Source: an uncultured bacterium (lineage in GTDB: Bacteria > Armatimonadota > UBA5829). From it: a DNA stretch of 64,000 bases. Position 1 is the first letter of the stretch. Each line of letters opens with the position of its first letter. The stretch covers positions 10,136 through 74,135 of the forward strand of contig CALJES010000005.1 in the NCBI GenBank assembly GCA_938074205.1. The letters run 5' to 3'. Positions 19,023 to 30,464 of the stretch are shown in pieces. Both the position numbers and the translations under genes were made by a program. Below the pieces are notes generated by a model, which was given only the letters and a program-made list of their open reading frames with translations, searched no databases and had not been told where the DNA came from.

Positions 19023-19829
19023 TTACCCCAATCTGGCGTACTTCAGCGCAGTTGCACACGGACAATCGCGGGTATCAGGCATGCGCCTTATCATCTCCAG
19101 GATGAGCTTCTTGACGCGTTCGTTGTTGGCATTGAGAACGTTGATTATTTCCGCAGCGGATACGGGTTCGGCCCCGCCCTCGGCCACGATCCCAACGTCG
19201 TAATCCGTAACCAGCGCAATGTTCACATAGCATATTTCTTGTTCGAGCGCCAAGACACACTCCGGATACTGCGTCATGTTTACGACGCTCCAACCCATTT
19301 TCGTAAACCACAAACTCTCAGCGCGCGTGGAAAACCTCGGCCCCTGGATAACCACGCAGGTACCGCCGTCGTGCATCGTCACCCCCTGCTCCCGGCCTAT
19401 TTCCACAGCCAGCCTGCGCAAAGTTGGACAGTAGGGTTCGGCAGCGGAGATATGCGTGGTAATGGGACCGTCATAGAATGTATCCTTGCGTCCGGATGTG
19501 CGGTCGACAAACTGATCGCACACCACAAAGTCCCCCGGCTTAATATGAGCCTGCAGACTGCCTACAGCATTTGGCCCGATAATTCGGGTGACGCCCAAAT
19601 GTTTCATAGCATAGATGTTCGCGCGATACGGAATCGCATGGGGCGGATACTGGTGCGACTTGCCATGCCTAGGCAGAAACGCAACCCTTCTGCCGGCAAC
19701 AGTGCCCACCGCCACTTTATCGCTAGGCGGCCCATACGGCGTCTCGACTTTGATTTCTTCGAACTCGTCCAACAAAGAGTAAAAACCAGAACCCCCAAAC
19801 ACGCCGATTTCCGCTTTGTAATCCGTCAT
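19023..19829 (-). CDS. mtnP: S-methyl-5'-thioadenosine phosphorylase
   Basis: GGSG, RHGKSH, GPRFSTRAES, NMT, VTDYD; adjacent to mtnA. Confidence 0.92.
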   Translation of the reverse strand: MTDYKAEIGVFGGSGFYSLLDEFEEIKVETPYGPPSDKVAVGTVAGRRVAFLPRHGKSHQYPPHAIPYRANIYAMKHLGVTRIIGPNAVGSLQAHIKPGDFVVCDQFVDRTSGRKDTFYDGPITTHISAAEPYCPTLRRLAVEIGREQGVTMHDGGTCVVIQGPRFSTRAESLWFTKMGWSVVNMTQYPECVLALEQEICYVNIALVTDYDVGIVAEGGAEPVSAAEIINVLNANNERVKKLILEMIRRMPDTRDCPCATALKYARLG

Positions 19830-19922
19830 AATCTCCCCCTATGGAAACTCCCACGTGCTGCTCCTTGGAGCACTCGTAAAATTTACAGTTTTACACTACA
19901 CCGCGGGCTTTATGTTACCCCC

Positions 19923-20645
19923 TCAGACGGCTCCCATGTCCGTTGAAGACCATTTGTCAACCGCCTCAAGCGCCTCAAGCGCCGCTGCTTGCTCTGCCTG
20001 CTTTTTGCTCTTACCCCTGCCGCGACCTAATACGCGGTCGCCCAGGCGAGCCTCGACGGTGAAAGTCTTGTCGTGATCGGCACCAGACTCTTCGATCACC
20101 ACATACCGGGGTGCCCTCTTATAGATACCTTGAGTGTGCTCCTGAAGCAAAGTTTTGTAGTCTCTTATGTGCTCCTTGCGTTCTATGTCGATAAGGATAG
20201 ACTCCAACGCTTTCAGGATAAACTCTCGGGCTGCGTCCAAGCCAACATCCAGAAATATCACCGCGATGACTGCCTCGAAGGTATCAGCCAGAATGGAGGG
20301 TCTAGCCCTGCCCCCACTAGCCTCTTCTCCGGCGCTCATCAATATGAATTCCGGCAGACCCAGTTGCCTAGCGCTCTCGGCAAGCACAGGCTCGCTGACA
20401 GCTACTGCTTTTGCCTTGGCCAATTCGCCCTCAGGTCTATCGGGAAACTGCTTGAACAGGTACTCCGACACCACCAGCCCGAGCACGGCATCGCCGAGAA
20501 ACTCCAGCCGCTCATTTGACTCGGATACGCTTGACTCGCCCAAGTACGACTTGTGAGTCAGCGCTTGCTCCAACAGGCGAACGTCGCGAATCTCGATTCC
20601 CAGCTTCCCGCAAACCTTCTTGACAGTCTGTGCATCAAGAGCCAT
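19923..20645 (-). CDS. rnc: Ribonuclease III
   Basis: NERLEFLGDAVL signature, C-terminal dsRBD (KSKKQAEQ). Confidence 0.96.
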   Translation of the reverse strand: MALDAQTVKKVCGKLGIEIRDVRLLEQALTHKSYLGESSVSESNERLEFLGDAVLGLVVSEYLFKQFPDRPEGELAKAKAVAVSEPVLAESARQLGLPEFILMSAGEEASGGRARPSILADTFEAVIAVIFLDVGLDAAREFILKALESILIDIERKEHIRDYKTLLQEHTQGIYKRAPRYVVIEESGADHDKTFTVEARLGDRVLGRGRGKSKKQAEQAAALEALEAVDKWSSTDMGAV

Positions 20646-20661
20646 ACCGTCGAAATAGCCG

Positions 20662-21861
20662 CTACTCCAGGCTGCGCACAGCCCTTTCCAACCTATCCAT
20701 GCCCTTTTCTATGGCCTCCATAGAAGTGGCGTAGGAAAAGCGCATGTAATCGTCTGCACCGAACCCGAAACCGGCAACCGCCGCCACCTGCGCCGCTTCT
20801 AGAGCAAAAGCTTCGAAATCAGCCGATCCCTGGATAACTTTACCGTTATACTTCCGGCCGTAAAGACCAGAAACGTTTGGGAAAGCATAAAAAGCCCCAC
20901 CCGGCATCAAGCATGATATACCCTCTATGGAGTTCAGGCGCTCGACGATGTAGCGGCGCCGGCGGTCGAATTCCGCCACCATTGCATCTACCACGTCCTG
21001 AGGCCCCTCGAGCGCCGCCACCGCTGCCGGTTGCGTAAACGAGACCATATTGGACGCACTGTGGCTCTGGATAGCCTCCATCGCCGCCACAATCTCCTTT
21101 TCGGCCGCCGCATAGCCCAGCCGCCAACCAGTCATAGAGTAAGCCTTGGAAAACCCGTTGACGGTTATTGTGAGTTTCTTTATCTCAGGCCCAAGCGAGG
21201 CAATCGACACGTGTTCCCGGCCATCGTAGATAATTTTCTCATAGATTTCGTCTGAAAGCACGTAAAAGCCCCTTTCGACGGCCAGCTCAGCTATCTGCTC
21301 AATCTGTTTTCGGTCGTAAACCCCGCCCGTGGGATTCGAAGGACTATTCAAGATCAGCATGCGAGTTCTTGGAGTAATGGCCTCGCGAAGCTGTTCGACC
21401 GTGACGGTGAAACCTGTAGATTCGTCCGTGTGCAAGTAAACAGGCTTGGCGTCTGCAAGCCCCACTATCTCAGGGTAACTCACCCAATAAGGCGCGGGTA
21501 TGATCACCTCGTCGCCCGGATTAACGGTGGCTAGGACAGCGTTATAGATAGAGTGCTTGGCGCCCAAAGAAACGATTATGTTTGAGGGCTCATACTTCAG
21601 GCCATTCTCGCGCTCGAGCTTGGCGCATATGGCCTTTCGAAGTTCAAGAGTGCCGGCAGTAGGGGTATACTTGGTAAACCCGGAAAGCAGCGACTTTATT
21701 GCGGCGTCTTTTATGTGCTGCGGTGTATCGAAGTCGGGTTCGCCGGCGCCAAAGTTCACAATATCGATCCCTTCGGCTTGCATCTGCTTGGCTTTCGCTG
21801 AAGCGGCGAGCGTAGGAGAAGGAGCTATTCTTCTGGCGCGGTCTGAGATAAACAATTCCAA
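20662..21861 (-). CDS. Class I PLP aminotransferase (aspartate aminotransferase-like)
   Basis: GEPDFDTP, NSPSNPTG, SDEIY, SKAYSMTGWRLG. Confidence 0.92.
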   Translation of the reverse strand: MELFISDRARRIAPSPTLAASAKAKQMQAEGIDIVNFGAGEPDFDTPQHIKDAAIKSLLSGFTKYTPTAGTLELRKAICAKLERENGLKYEPSNIIVSLGAKHSIYNAVLATVNPGDEVIIPAPYWVSYPEIVGLADAKPVYLHTDESTGFTVTVEQLREAITPRTRMLILNSPSNPTGGVYDRKQIEQIAELAVERGFYVLSDEIYEKIIYDGREHVSIASLGPEIKKLTITVNGFSKAYSMTGWRLGYAAAEKEIVAAMEAIQSHSASNMVSFTQPAAVAALEGPQDVVDAMVAEFDRRRRYIVERLNSIEGISCLMPGGAFYAFPNVSGLYGRKYNGKVIQGSADFEAFALEAAQVAAVAGFGFGADDYMRFSYATSMEAIEKGMDRLERAVRSLE

Positions 21862-21944
21862 CTACCTCCTGTAAGCTTAAGAATGAACAGCAGCAGGGGG
21901 AATCGCCATCCAAAGCACGTATTCCGCCTGCTGCCGCCCACGGC

Positions 21945-23183
21945 TTACCCAGCGAAGCGCTTGAATATAATCGTAGCGTTCTGACCGCCGAACCCGAAAG
22001 AATTGTTCATCGCGTAATCGACTTTCGCCTCTCGTGCAGTGTGAGGGACGTAGTCGAGGTCGCATTCGGGATCAGGTTCGAAGAGGTTTCTTGTAGGCGG
22101 AATCACCCCGTCCGTAATTGCTTTCACGCACGCTATGCTCTCGACAGCTCCCGCCGCACCAAGCAGATGTCCAATCATAGACTTAGTAGAGCTGATCGCA
22201 ACTTTGTAGGCGTGCTCGCCGAGCACTTGCTTGATAGCCTTGGTTTCCTCCGGATCTCCTATCGGCGTAGAAGTGCCATGCGCATTGATGTAATCTATCT
22301 TTTCCGGTTCAATCCCCGCGCTCTTTAGCGCGTTTTGCATGCTTCTAGCTGCACCATCGCGATGGATAGCAACCATATCGTAAGCGTCGGCCGACAGCCC
22401 ATAACCGGCGATTTCGGCATAGATTTTGGCTCCTCGCTTCTTCGCCCTCTCCAATTCTTCTAACACCAGCACTCCGGCGCCCTCGCCCATTACGAAGCCG
22501 TCGCGATCCTTATCAAAGGGTCGGCTTGCGTGCTCTGGGTCATCGTTGCGCGTCGAAACCGCTTTCATAGTGCAGAAACCCGCGTAAGAAAGCGGCCTTA
22601 TGGCAGCCTCAGAGCCTCCCGCCAGCATTACGTCGGCGTCGCCCCGGCGAATTATATGCCACGCTTCGCCGATACAGTGGCTCGCCGTAGCACAAGCCGT
22701 CACTACCGCCATATTGGGCCCCTTGGCACCAGTCTGAATCGCAATAACCCCGCTTGCCATGTTGGCTATGAGCATCGGCACGAAAAACGGGCTCACCCGC
22801 CGCGGACCGTACTCAATGAGGTTACGGTCGTTTATTTCCCAGGTTTCAACTCCGCCGATGCCGGAACCAACCAGCACGCCCACTCGGCACGCATTCTCGT
22901 CGGTGATCGTGAGCCCGCTGTCTGCCAGCGCCATCTTCGCAGCAACAACCGCAAACTGCGTGAACCTGTCCATCCGCCGCGCCTCTTTGGGATCAATAAA
23001 CTGCGACGGATCGAAGCCCTTCACCTCACCTGCGATTCTTGTCGAGTGGTTGGAAGCATCGAAATGGGTTATTGGGCCTATGCCGTTCTTGCCTGCTTTG
23101 ATGGCTTCCCAGTACTCGTCGACGGTATTGCCGACAGGCGTAATCGCGGCAAGGCCCGTAATAACAACTCTTCTATCCTGCAT
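21945..23183 (-). CDS. fabF: 3-oxoacyl-ACP synthase II
   Basis: TACAT catalytic Cys, [22 protein letters not shown]. Confidence 0.96.
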   Translation of the reverse strand: MQDRRVVITGLAAITPVGNTVDEYWEAIKAGKNGIGPITHFDASNHSTRIAGEVKGFDPSQFIDPKEARRMDRFTQFAVVAAKMALADSGLTITDENACRVGVLVGSGIGGVETWEINDRNLIEYGPRRVSPFFVPMLIANMASGVIAIQTGAKGPNMAVVTACATASHCIGEAWHIIRRGDADVMLAGGSEAAIRPLSYAGFCTMKAVSTRNDDPEHASRPFDKDRDGFVMGEGAGVLVLEELERAKKRGAKIYAEIAGYGLSADAYDMVAIHRDGAARSMQNALKSAGIEPEKIDYINAHGTSTPIGDPEETKAIKQVLGEHAYKVAISSTKSMIGHLLGAAGAVESIACVKAITDGVIPPTRNLFEPDPECDLDYVPHTAREAKVDYAMNNSFGFGGQNATIIFKRFAG

Positions 23184-23429
23184 CTACCCTTGCTCAGCCA
23201 ATTTTTTGTCTATGTACTCTACTGCTTGCTTAACCGTCTGAATCCGCTCGGCCTCTTCGTCCGGTATTTCGATCTCGAATTCATCTTCGAAGCCCATAAC
23301 CAGATCAACTACGTCCAGAGAATCTGCGCCCAGATCGTCAACGAACGAGGCCTCCTCGGTGACTTCCTCTGGGCTGACCTTTAGCTTGTCCACGACAACT
23401 TTTCTGACTCTCTCAAGAGTGGTTGACAA
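23184..23429 (-). CDS. acpP: Acyl carrier protein
   Basis: DLGADSLD phosphopantetheine site. Confidence 0.96.
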   Translation of the reverse strand: MSTTLERVRKVVVDKLKVSPEEVTEEASFVDDLGADSLDVVDLVMGFEDEFEIEIPDEEAERIQTVKQAVEYIDKKLAEQG

Positions 23430-23474
23430 TTTGGTTCCCTCCGTGATTTGTAAAGCTTAGTGTGTAGTTATAGT

Positions 23475-24230
23475 CTACATCGCCAGTCCGCCATCGACTG
23501 CGATGACTTGGCCGGTTATGTAGCTCGATGCGTCTGAGCAGAGGAAAAGCACTACCTCTGCGACATCCTCCGGAGTACCAAGTCGCCGTAAGGGGATCCT
23601 ATCCTCGATACCCTTCCTGGCGTCCTCGGGCATTTCTTCTGTCATAGCGGTCTGAATGAACCCAGGCGCTACGGCATTTACGTTGATACCCCTCGAGCCG
23701 AGCTCCTTGGCAACTGACTTGGTAAATGCTATGACCCCTCCTTTGGAAGCCGAGTAGTTCGCCTGCCCCACGTTGCCTACTATGCCCATAACGCTGGACA
23801 TGTTCACAATCTTGCCTGTGCGCTGCCGCATCATAAGCTTGGCAACAGCCTTGGTGCAGTTGAATACGCCTTTCAGGTTAGTATCCAAAACCGCGTCCCA
23901 CTCAGCCTCGCTCATCCGCACCAGTAAGTTGTCGCGGGTTATCCCGGCGTTGTTGATTAGTATATCGATCTTGGAAAACCTGTCAACTGCGGCTTGAACC
24001 ATTCGCTCGACGTCAGAAGCGTCCGCAACATTTGCCTGCAGCGCAAGCGCTTCGCCCCCCATCTGCTCAACTTCTTTTGCAACAGCCTCCGCAGCTTCGG
24101 CAACGTAGTCAACAATGACAATCTTTGCCCCTTCGCCAGCCAATCTCAGAGCGATCGCTCGCCCGATGCCCTTTCCGGCTCGACCCGCGCCTGTTATAAG
24201 TGCCACTTGTCCTTCCAGCTTCATATCCAC
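23475..24230 (-). CDS. fabG: 3-oxoacyl-ACP reductase
   Basis: [13 protein letters not shown], fab operon context. Confidence 0.95.
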   Translation of the reverse strand: MDMKLEGQVALITGAGRAGKGIGRAIALRLAGEGAKIVIVDYVAEAAEAVAKEVEQMGGEALALQANVADASDVERMVQAAVDRFSKIDILINNAGITRDNLLVRMSEAEWDAVLDTNLKGVFNCTKAVAKLMMRQRTGKIVNMSSVMGIVGNVGQANYSASKGGVIAFTKSVAKELGSRGINVNAVAPGFIQTAMTEEMPEDARKGIEDRIPLRRLGTPEDVAEVVLFLCSDASSYITGQVIAVDGGLAM

Positions 24231-25210
24231 TAACCCTGCAAACTCAAAAGCGCATCGACCGATGCCTTATCGCCTATAGAGTGTACCTCAGCGGCAGGTG
24301 CGATGCGCTTGATAAGTCCTGCCAACACATTGCCTGCCCCTAATTCTATAAATGCTTCGACCCCTGCGTCAAGCATGCGCTGCACCGATTCAACCCATCG
24401 CACACTACCCGTAATCTGCTTCGAGAGGTTCTCTCGAATTTCAGATGCAGACGTTTCCCGCTCAGCACTAAAGTTCGCTACCACCGGCACAACCGCGTCT
24501 CGGATCTCCGCCGACTCAAGAAATCGCGCCAGTTCTTGGGCCGCGGATTCCATCAGTGGCGAATGGAAAGCGCCCGCAACGTTCAGCGCAACTACGCGCT
24601 TTGCACCCATTTCCTTCGCAATTTCAGATGCTCGCTCAACTGCGCTGTGTTCCCCTGATACAACCGTCTGTATTGGGCTGTTGAAGTTGGCGGCAACGAT
24701 TGTGCCTGCGCTGGATGCTTTGCGCACCACCTCCTCAACTTGCTCCGGAGACAATCCCAACACAGCAGCCATAGTGCCCGGATGTTCCTCGGCTGCCTTC
24801 TGCATCAGCTCAGCGCGCTTGCGCACCAGTTTTAGGCCCGTCTCGAAAGAAAAAGCACCCGCCGCAAAAAGCGCCGCATATTCCCCTACGCTGTGGCCAG
24901 CGGTGAACAGCACGTTTCCTCGAGTCTCCTCTTTCAAAAGCGGCGATTCGATCTCCCCGCAGCAGCCTTCGGAGCCGTACAAAGCCACAAGGGCGGCGCA
25001 AGATGTCACATAGAGCGCCGGCTGCGTATTGATCGTCTGCCTGAGCTCATCCTCCGGCCCCTGCCAACACAGTTTCGATATCGCGCAGCCGAGCATGTCA
25101 TCGGCACGGGCGAACACGGCTTGCGCAGACGGAAAGTTCTCCGCCAGATCTCTTCCCATGCCTACCTCTTGCGACCCCTGCCCAGGAAAGACCAGAGCAA
25201 TCTTTCTCAA
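24230..25210 (-). CDS. fabD: Malonyl-CoA:ACP transacylase
   Basis: [21 protein letters not shown]; start is TTG 25210 or ATG 25225. Confidence 0.95.
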   Translation of the reverse strand: MRKIALVFPGQGSQEVGMGRDLAENFPSAQAVFARADDMLGCAISKLCWQGPEDELRQTINTQPALYVTSCAALVALYGSEGCCGEIESPLLKEETRGNVLFTAGHSVGEYAALFAAGAFSFETGLKLVRKRAELMQKAAEEHPGTMAAVLGLSPEQVEEVVRKASSAGTIVAANFNSPIQTVVSGEHSAVERASEIAKEMGAKRVVALNVAGAFHSPLMESAAQELARFLESAEIRDAVVPVVANFSAERETSASEIRENLSKQITGSVRWVESVQRMLDAGVEAFIELGAGNVLAGLIKRIAPAAEVHSIGDKASVDALLSLQG

Positions 25211-25212
25211 TC

Positions 25213-26208
25213 CTAAAACACCCATTTCATCACCCCCGCAGCCCAGGTAAGTCCAGCTCCAAAGCCCACCGTAACCACAATATCGCCCTTCTTTATCCTG
25301 CCCTCCGCAACCGCTTCATCAAGCGCAATCGGGATCGACGCGGCGGACGTGTTGCCGTATCTCTGCAGGTTTACGTAGAACTTTTCCATCGGCAGTCCCA
25401 GCCTGTTGACGGCGGATTCTATGATTCTAGTATTCGCCTGATGCGGAACGATGAGATCGATGTCTTCAATGCTAAGACCGCACTTAGACACAACGCGCTC
25501 AGTAGCCTCCGCCTGGATTTTGACGGCAAACTTGAATACTTCCCTGCCCTCCATGTAAATCTTGTCGCGGTTTGCGGCTAGGTCTTCCGGCGTATAAGGG
25601 CTCCGACTACCGCCTGCCGGTATACACAACACTCCCGCACCCGACCCTTCCGATCCCAGCTCAAAAGCCATGAAGCCTTCGTCCTCGCCCACCGGCGCCA
25701 CCACCGCTGCGCCAGCCCCATCACCAAAGAGCACGCACGTACTGCGATCAGTCCAGTTAGTCACCCGAGACAATAAATCCGCACCTATCACTAGAACGTG
25801 TTGGTAGTGTCCGCTTCGAACAAACGCGTCCGCGGCCGCAAGCCCATACACGAAACCCGAACACCCGGCCGCCAGATCGAAAGCCGGTGTCCCCTTACAA
25901 CCAAGCGCATTCTGCACGATGCACGCCGTTGCAGGCAGCGGCGTATCTCCGGTAAACGTCGCAACAATGATCAAGTCTATGTCTTCGGGACCCAACCCCG
26001 CGCATTCGATTGCCTTCATCCCCGCCTTGATCGCGTAGTCGGAGGTGCCTTCTCCCTCCTCAGCGATGCGCCTCTCCACAATTCCAGTCATCGTGCGGAT
26101 CCACTCGTCTGACGTATCGACTATCTTCTCCAGATCGTGGTTCGTCAAAACGCGATCCGGCACCGCAGAACCGACTCCTATTATCCCTGCTCTCTTTTGC
26201 ACACTCAT
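25213..26208 (-). CDS. fabH: 3-oxoacyl-ACP synthase III
   Basis: AGCSGF, PHQAN, YGNTSAASIP, GFGAGLTW. Confidence 0.96.
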   Translation of the reverse strand: MSVQKRAGIIGVGSAVPDRVLTNHDLEKIVDTSDEWIRTMTGIVERRIAEEGEGTSDYAIKAGMKAIECAGLGPEDIDLIIVATFTGDTPLPATACIVQNALGCKGTPAFDLAAGCSGFVYGLAAADAFVRSGHYQHVLVIGADLLSRVTNWTDRSTCVLFGDGAGAAVVAPVGEDEGFMAFELGSEGSGAGVLCIPAGGSRSPYTPEDLAANRDKIYMEGREVFKFAVKIQAEATERVVSKCGLSIEDIDLIVPHQANTRIIESAVNRLGLPMEKFYVNLQRYGNTSAASIPIALDEAVAEGRIKKGDIVVTVGFGAGLTWAAGVMKWVF

Positions 26209-26259
26209 AAGTGTCCCTCAGCACTCAATATAAATTGCCTGCGCCCTATTAAGGCACAC

Positions 26260-26284
26260 AAAAAACCGGCGGCTTTAGCGCCGG
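26260..26284 (-). terminator. Intrinsic terminator between plsX and fabH
   Basis: Minus strand CCGGCG-7nt-CGCCGG followed by a T6 tract. Confidence 0.5.
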
Positions 26285-26319
26285 CATTTCGCCACTAATA
26301 GTTTCAATTAGGGCCAACT

Positions 26320-27306
26320 TCAGACATTAGCCAGTGCATTTCTTATCGCATCAACGACGCCCTGACTCACCGCTTCCTTAGCCACACGAATGGCGTTCGC
26401 GACCGCGTTTGCGTTCGACCGCCCGTGGCCTATTATACATACACCGTTCACCCCCAGAAGCGGAGCGCCACCGTATTCGCTGTAATCCAATCTGCGCTTC
26501 AAGCGTTTTATGAAGGGCAAAAGGAACGCTACGGGGATCCAGTTCAGAGGGCGGCGCCTCAGCTCCTCTCGCACGAGATAGACAATGTGCTCAGCCAATC
26601 CCTCTGCCGACTTCAGGGCCACATTTCCCGTGAAACCATCCGTCACCACAACATCCGCCGCGCCCACAAACAAATGCCGCCCCTCTACATTGCCCACAAA
26701 ATTGATAGGAGCATTGGCAAAAGCTTGATGTGCGGCGCGCGTTAGCTCGTTCCCCTTGCACGGCTCCTCACCGATCGACAGCAACGCTACCCGCGGCTTT
26801 GTAATCCCCAGCGCCTTCTCAGCGTATATGCTGCCCATCACTGCAAACTGCACGAGATTCTCGACGGTGCAATCAGAAACCGCCCCCGCATCTATCAGGA
26901 TGGTAGGACCATGCCTACCTAGCCAGACAGTCGCTATTGCCGGTCGATCGATACCCTGAATCCGGCCAAGTTTGAGCGTGGCCACCGCCATTGCAGCGGC
27001 CGTATTGCCCATGCTGACCAGGGCATCAGCTTCCCCACTGGCTACCATAGATGCGGCAACCACCACCGACGCATCCCTCTTGGTTCGGACGGCATCCACT
27101 TCCTCGTCCATGCCAATGACTTCGGATGCGTGGCGGATTGCGACAGAAGCCGAATCCAGTTCGCCTGGCGATACGAACTGTCTTACCTGCGCCTCATCCC
27201 CGACCAGAACAACATCTACGCCACAGAGCCTGGCGCCGCGGATGGCTCCCTTTACTATCTCAGCCGGGGCGTGGTCGCCGCCCATAGCGTCGACGGCTAT
27301 TACCAT
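26320..27306 (-). CDS. plsX: Phosphate acyltransferase
   Basis: IAVDAMGGDHAP, DGFTGNVALK, GGAPLLG, HGRS. Confidence 0.95.
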   Translation of the reverse strand: MVIAVDAMGGDHAPAEIVKGAIRGARLCGVDVVLVGDEAQVRQFVSPGELDSASVAIRHASEVIGMDEEVDAVRTKRDASVVVAASMVASGEADALVSMGNTAAAMAVATLKLGRIQGIDRPAIATVWLGRHGPTILIDAGAVSDCTVENLVQFAVMGSIYAEKALGITKPRVALLSIGEEPCKGNELTRAAHQAFANAPINFVGNVEGRHLFVGAADVVVTDGFTGNVALKSAEGLAEHIVYLVREELRRRPLNWIPVAFLLPFIKRLKRRLDYSEYGGAPLLGVNGVCIIGHGRSNANAVANAIRVAKEAVSQGVVDAIRNALANV

Positions 27307-27315
27307 GGGCGAGTC

Positions 27316-27513
27316 CTATTCCGCCTTCTTCTGCTTCTCCTTGATCGACAAAACCATGCGTCCGTTGTAGAACCCGCAGGCGAGACACGCGTGGTGAGGC
27401 ATCTTGGGTTCGTGGCATCTTGGACACGTGGCCAACGTCGGCGGCGACAACTTGTAGTGAGTTCGCCTGAGGCGAGTCCTGTGATTTGAATGTCGTCTTT
27501 TCGGTAATGCCAT
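27316..27513 (-). CDS. rpmF: 50S ribosomal protein L32
   Basis: MALPKRRHS, CxxC...CxxC zinc ribbon. Confidence 0.96.
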   Translation of the reverse strand: MALPKRRHSNHRTRLRRTHYKLSPPTLATCPRCHEPKMPHHACLACGFYNGRMVLSIKEKQKKAE

Positions 27514-27514
27514 T

Positions 27515-28060
27515 TTATTCTACAGACTCCTCATCTTCGAATATCTTCGCCAACGCCGCAAACGGATTGGCGTCGGCTTCCGGCGGGCAACCGCAAGGCC
27601 CGTCGTTCAGATTCGCCCCGCAACGAGGGCACAGCCCTTTGCACTCGTCTGAGCACAAAGGTTTAATCGGTAAGGCGAGCAATATGCTCTGCCGAAGAAG
27701 CTCAGTCAGGTCGAATATGCTATCGACGAACAGGGGCTCCCGCTCTTCTTCGGGAATCTCGTCCTCCTCTGCCGCTTCAAGCATTTCTATGGTATGTCCT
27801 GCTATCTGCAGCTCCTCTTCTATGGGCAGACGAAGCTCTATCGTATGAGCACGCAGACACCGCGAACACTCCAATTCAACCGTAGTGGAGAAACTCCCCC
27901 TTGCCACGATGTGCCGGCCGGTATTGGTGAATGTGACTTGACCCAAAATCGGCGCCACGCACCACACGTCCCCGCCGAAGTCCTCTATGGGCGGCTCGTT
28001 TATTTCGTAGCTGATCTGCTTGCCCAGATGGGTGACTATCTCTGTCAGATCTAGTCTCAT
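27515..28060 (-). CDS. DUF177/YceD family protein
   Basis: CSRCL, LCSDECKGLCPRCGANLN; upstream of rpmF. Confidence 0.92.
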   Translation of the reverse strand: MRLDLTEIVTHLGKQISYEINEPPIEDFGGDVWCVAPILGQVTFTNTGRHIVARGSFSTTVELECSRCLRAHTIELRLPIEEELQIAGHTIEMLEAAEEDEIPEEEREPLFVDSIFDLTELLRQSILLALPIKPLCSDECKGLCPRCGANLNDGPCGCPPEADANPFAALAKIFEDEESVE

Positions 28061-28123
28061 TGTCTTCCTTGCCCCGCTACAAAACGGGGAAATCGACGGT
28101 TATTCACGTAACTTACCGTCTCG

Positions 28124-29359
28124 CTATCGAACACCGGCTCCGGTCTTGCGTGACTGCAAAACCCCCACGGTCTCGCGGGCTATCATTCGTTCCTCGTTTG
28201 TAGGTATCACGAATATCCGCACTCTGCTCGCTGAAGAGCAAATCTCTGCCAGACCGCGAGCAGACCTGTTCTTCTCCTCGTCAAGCTGTATGCCAAGGAA
28301 CTCCAGCCCTTTACAAACGCGAGATCGCACCTCGCTGGAGTTCTCTCCTATGCCGCCGGTGAACACAACTGCATCCAATCCGCCCATCGCGGCTGCGTAT
28401 GCACCTATGTACTTTTTAACCCTGTAACAAAAGATGCTCAGCGCAAGCTCGGCACGCCTATTTCCTTCAGCAGCGGCCTTCGCGATATCGCGCATATCGC
28501 TCGAGATACCCGAGATCCCAAGCAAGCCGCTGCGCTTGTTTATCAAGTCATCTATCTCGTCCGGGGTTGCCTGTTGTTCTCGCGCCAGGTAAAGCAGAAC
28601 CGCCGGATCTATATCGCCGCTTCGGGTGCCCATCACAAGCCCCTCTGCCGGGGTCATGCCCATACTCGTGTCGACAACCCTGCCGCCGACAATTGCCGTC
28701 ATCGAGCACCCATTGCCCAAGTGGCAAGTGATAATCTTGGACGTTTCACGAGACACTCCTTGCTCTTCGAGAAGCTTGAGGGCCTGCCCAGCAACGTACC
28801 TGTGGGATGTCCCGTGAAATCCATACCGGCGCACGCCGTAGTCTGTATAATAATTGTAAGGCAAAGCGTATATATAAGCATAGTCCGGCATGGTTGCGTG
28901 AAAGGCAGTGTCAAATACGGCAACCTGCGGAACCCCCGGCATCAAACGAATGCACGCTTTGATACCCTTCAGGTTCGCCGGGTTATGCAGCGGTGCCAAC
29001 ACGCTCATTTTGTCGATCTCAGCTAGAATTTCATCGTTAATAACCACCGGCTCGACAAATCTCTCGCCACCATGCACCACGCGATGCCCCACAGCGGATA
29101 TGTCATCTACGCTCGCTATCGCTCCGTGCTGAGGATCCGTGAGCAGTTTAAACACACGATCCATGGCCTGATCATGGTCAGCCATGTCCACATCCACTTC
29201 AACCTTGCCGTTCTTGGCGGTTTCGTGTTTGATCTTTCCGCCTCCGCCCTTCACGCCTATTCGCTCGGCAATTCCCTTCGCAAGCACCTCTTCCGAATCA
29301 GAGTCGATAAGCTGGTACTTTAGCGAGGAACTCCCGCTGTTTAGAACTAGCACTTTCAT
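28124..29359 (-). CDS. ackA: Acetate kinase
   Basis: LNSGSSSLK, GHRVVHGG, YGFHGTSH, FTGGIGEN. Confidence 0.96.
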   Translation of the reverse strand: MKVLVLNSGSSSLKYQLIDSDSEEVLAKGIAERIGVKGGGGKIKHETAKNGKVEVDVDMADHDQAMDRVFKLLTDPQHGAIASVDDISAVGHRVVHGGERFVEPVVINDEILAEIDKMSVLAPLHNPANLKGIKACIRLMPGVPQVAVFDTAFHATMPDYAYIYALPYNYYTDYGVRRYGFHGTSHRYVAGQALKLLEEQGVSRETSKIITCHLGNGCSMTAIVGGRVVDTSMGMTPAEGLVMGTRSGDIDPAVLLYLAREQQATPDEIDDLINKRSGLLGISGISSDMRDIAKAAAEGNRRAELALSIFCYRVKKYIGAYAAAMGGLDAVVFTGGIGENSSEVRSRVCKGLEFLGIQLDEEKNRSARGLAEICSSASRVRIFVIPTNEERMIARETVGVLQSRKTGAGVR

Positions 29360-29456
29360 ATTCGGTCCCCAATTCTATCGCCTCTCGGTCGGCTCTCAGT
29401 GCACTCAGAATCTCGTCCCAACCGCACTGACAGACGACAAATCGGCGTAGTGATAT

Positions 29457-30464
29457 CTAACTTTTCACCTGCGTAGCTTGGACGGCTGTTATTGCCACTA
29501 CGTTCAGTATATCCTCGGCGTCACATCCGCGAGAAAGGTCATTGACCGGCTTTCGAAGCCCCTGCAGAACAGGCCCATACGCTTCAGCCTTGGCCAGCCG
29601 CTGAGTCAATTTGTAGGCAATATTTCCGGCGTTCAAGTCGGGAAAGATGAGGGTGTTGGCTCTGCCAGCGACTGGACTTCCCGGCGCCTTTTTCTTCGCC
29701 ACCCATTCGTCAAGCGCGGCATCCACTTGTAGCTCTCCGTCTATGAGCAGATCCGGCCTCCTGCTTTTGGCAATATTTGTAGCCTCAATAACCTTGTCCG
29801 CTATGGGATCTTTTCCGCTTCCCTTAGTCGAGAATGAAAGCATTGCCACACGCGGCTCGAACCCCAGAAGTGTTCGCATCGTCTCCGCGCTTTGAATTGC
29901 TATCTCCGCGAGCTCTTCCGCATTCGGGTTTATCACTAAACCGCAGTCTGCAAAGATGAAAACGCCTTGCTCGCCGTATGCACAATCAGGCACTATCATC
30001 ACAAAAAAACTCGAGGCCAGTTTACATCCTGGCGCGGTCTTCAGAATCTGAAGCGCGGGCCTGATGGTATCTGCAGTCGAGTGGGTAGCACCGGAAACCT
30101 GCCCATCCGCTTGACCGGCGTATACCATCATGCAACCGAAATATAGCGGATCCCCAACTGCTTCGTAAGCTTGCTCGAGTGTGATTCCCTTGTGTTTCCG
30201 AAGTTCGTAAAACTGCTTTGCGTAATCCTCTCTCAGCTGGGAGGTTGCAGGGTCTTCGATTCGACACCCTGAGATATCTGCTCCGGCTTCCATCGCCGCC
30301 GCCTCGATCTTTTCCCGCGAGTTTACAAGTATGATCTCGGCCAGGCCCTGTTCCACGATTTTCTGAGCCGCTGTAACGGTTCTCACATCGTCGGCTTCGG
30401 GCAGCGTTATGCGTTTTTTTGCTTCCCGAGCCTTAGCATAAATTGTTTCCATCACGTTCGGCAT
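29457..30464 (-). CDS. pta: Phosphate acetyltransferase
   Basis: LSFSTKGS, DGELQVDAA, FPDLNAGNIAYK, NDLSRGC. Confidence 0.95.
   Translation of the reverse strand: MPNVMETIYAKAREAKKRITLPEADDVRTVTAAQKIVEQGLAEIILVNSREKIEAAAMEAGADISGCRIEDPATSQLREDYAKQFYELRKHKGITLEQAYEAVGDPLYFGCMMVYAGQADGQVSGATHSTADTIRPALQILKTAPGCKLASSFFVMIVPDCAYGEQGVFIFADCGLVINPNAEELAEIAIQSAETMRTLLGFEPRVAMLSFSTKGSGKDPIADKVIEATNIAKSRRPDLLIDGELQVDAALDEWVAKKKAPGSPVAGRANTLIFPDLNAGNIAYKLTQRLAKAEAYGPVLQGLRKPVNDLSRGCDAEDILNVVAITAVQATQVKS

Noticed and set aside
19830-19922. Possible SAM or purine riboswitch upstream of mtnP
   Set aside because: Only short hairpins; no conserved aptamer motifs recognised.
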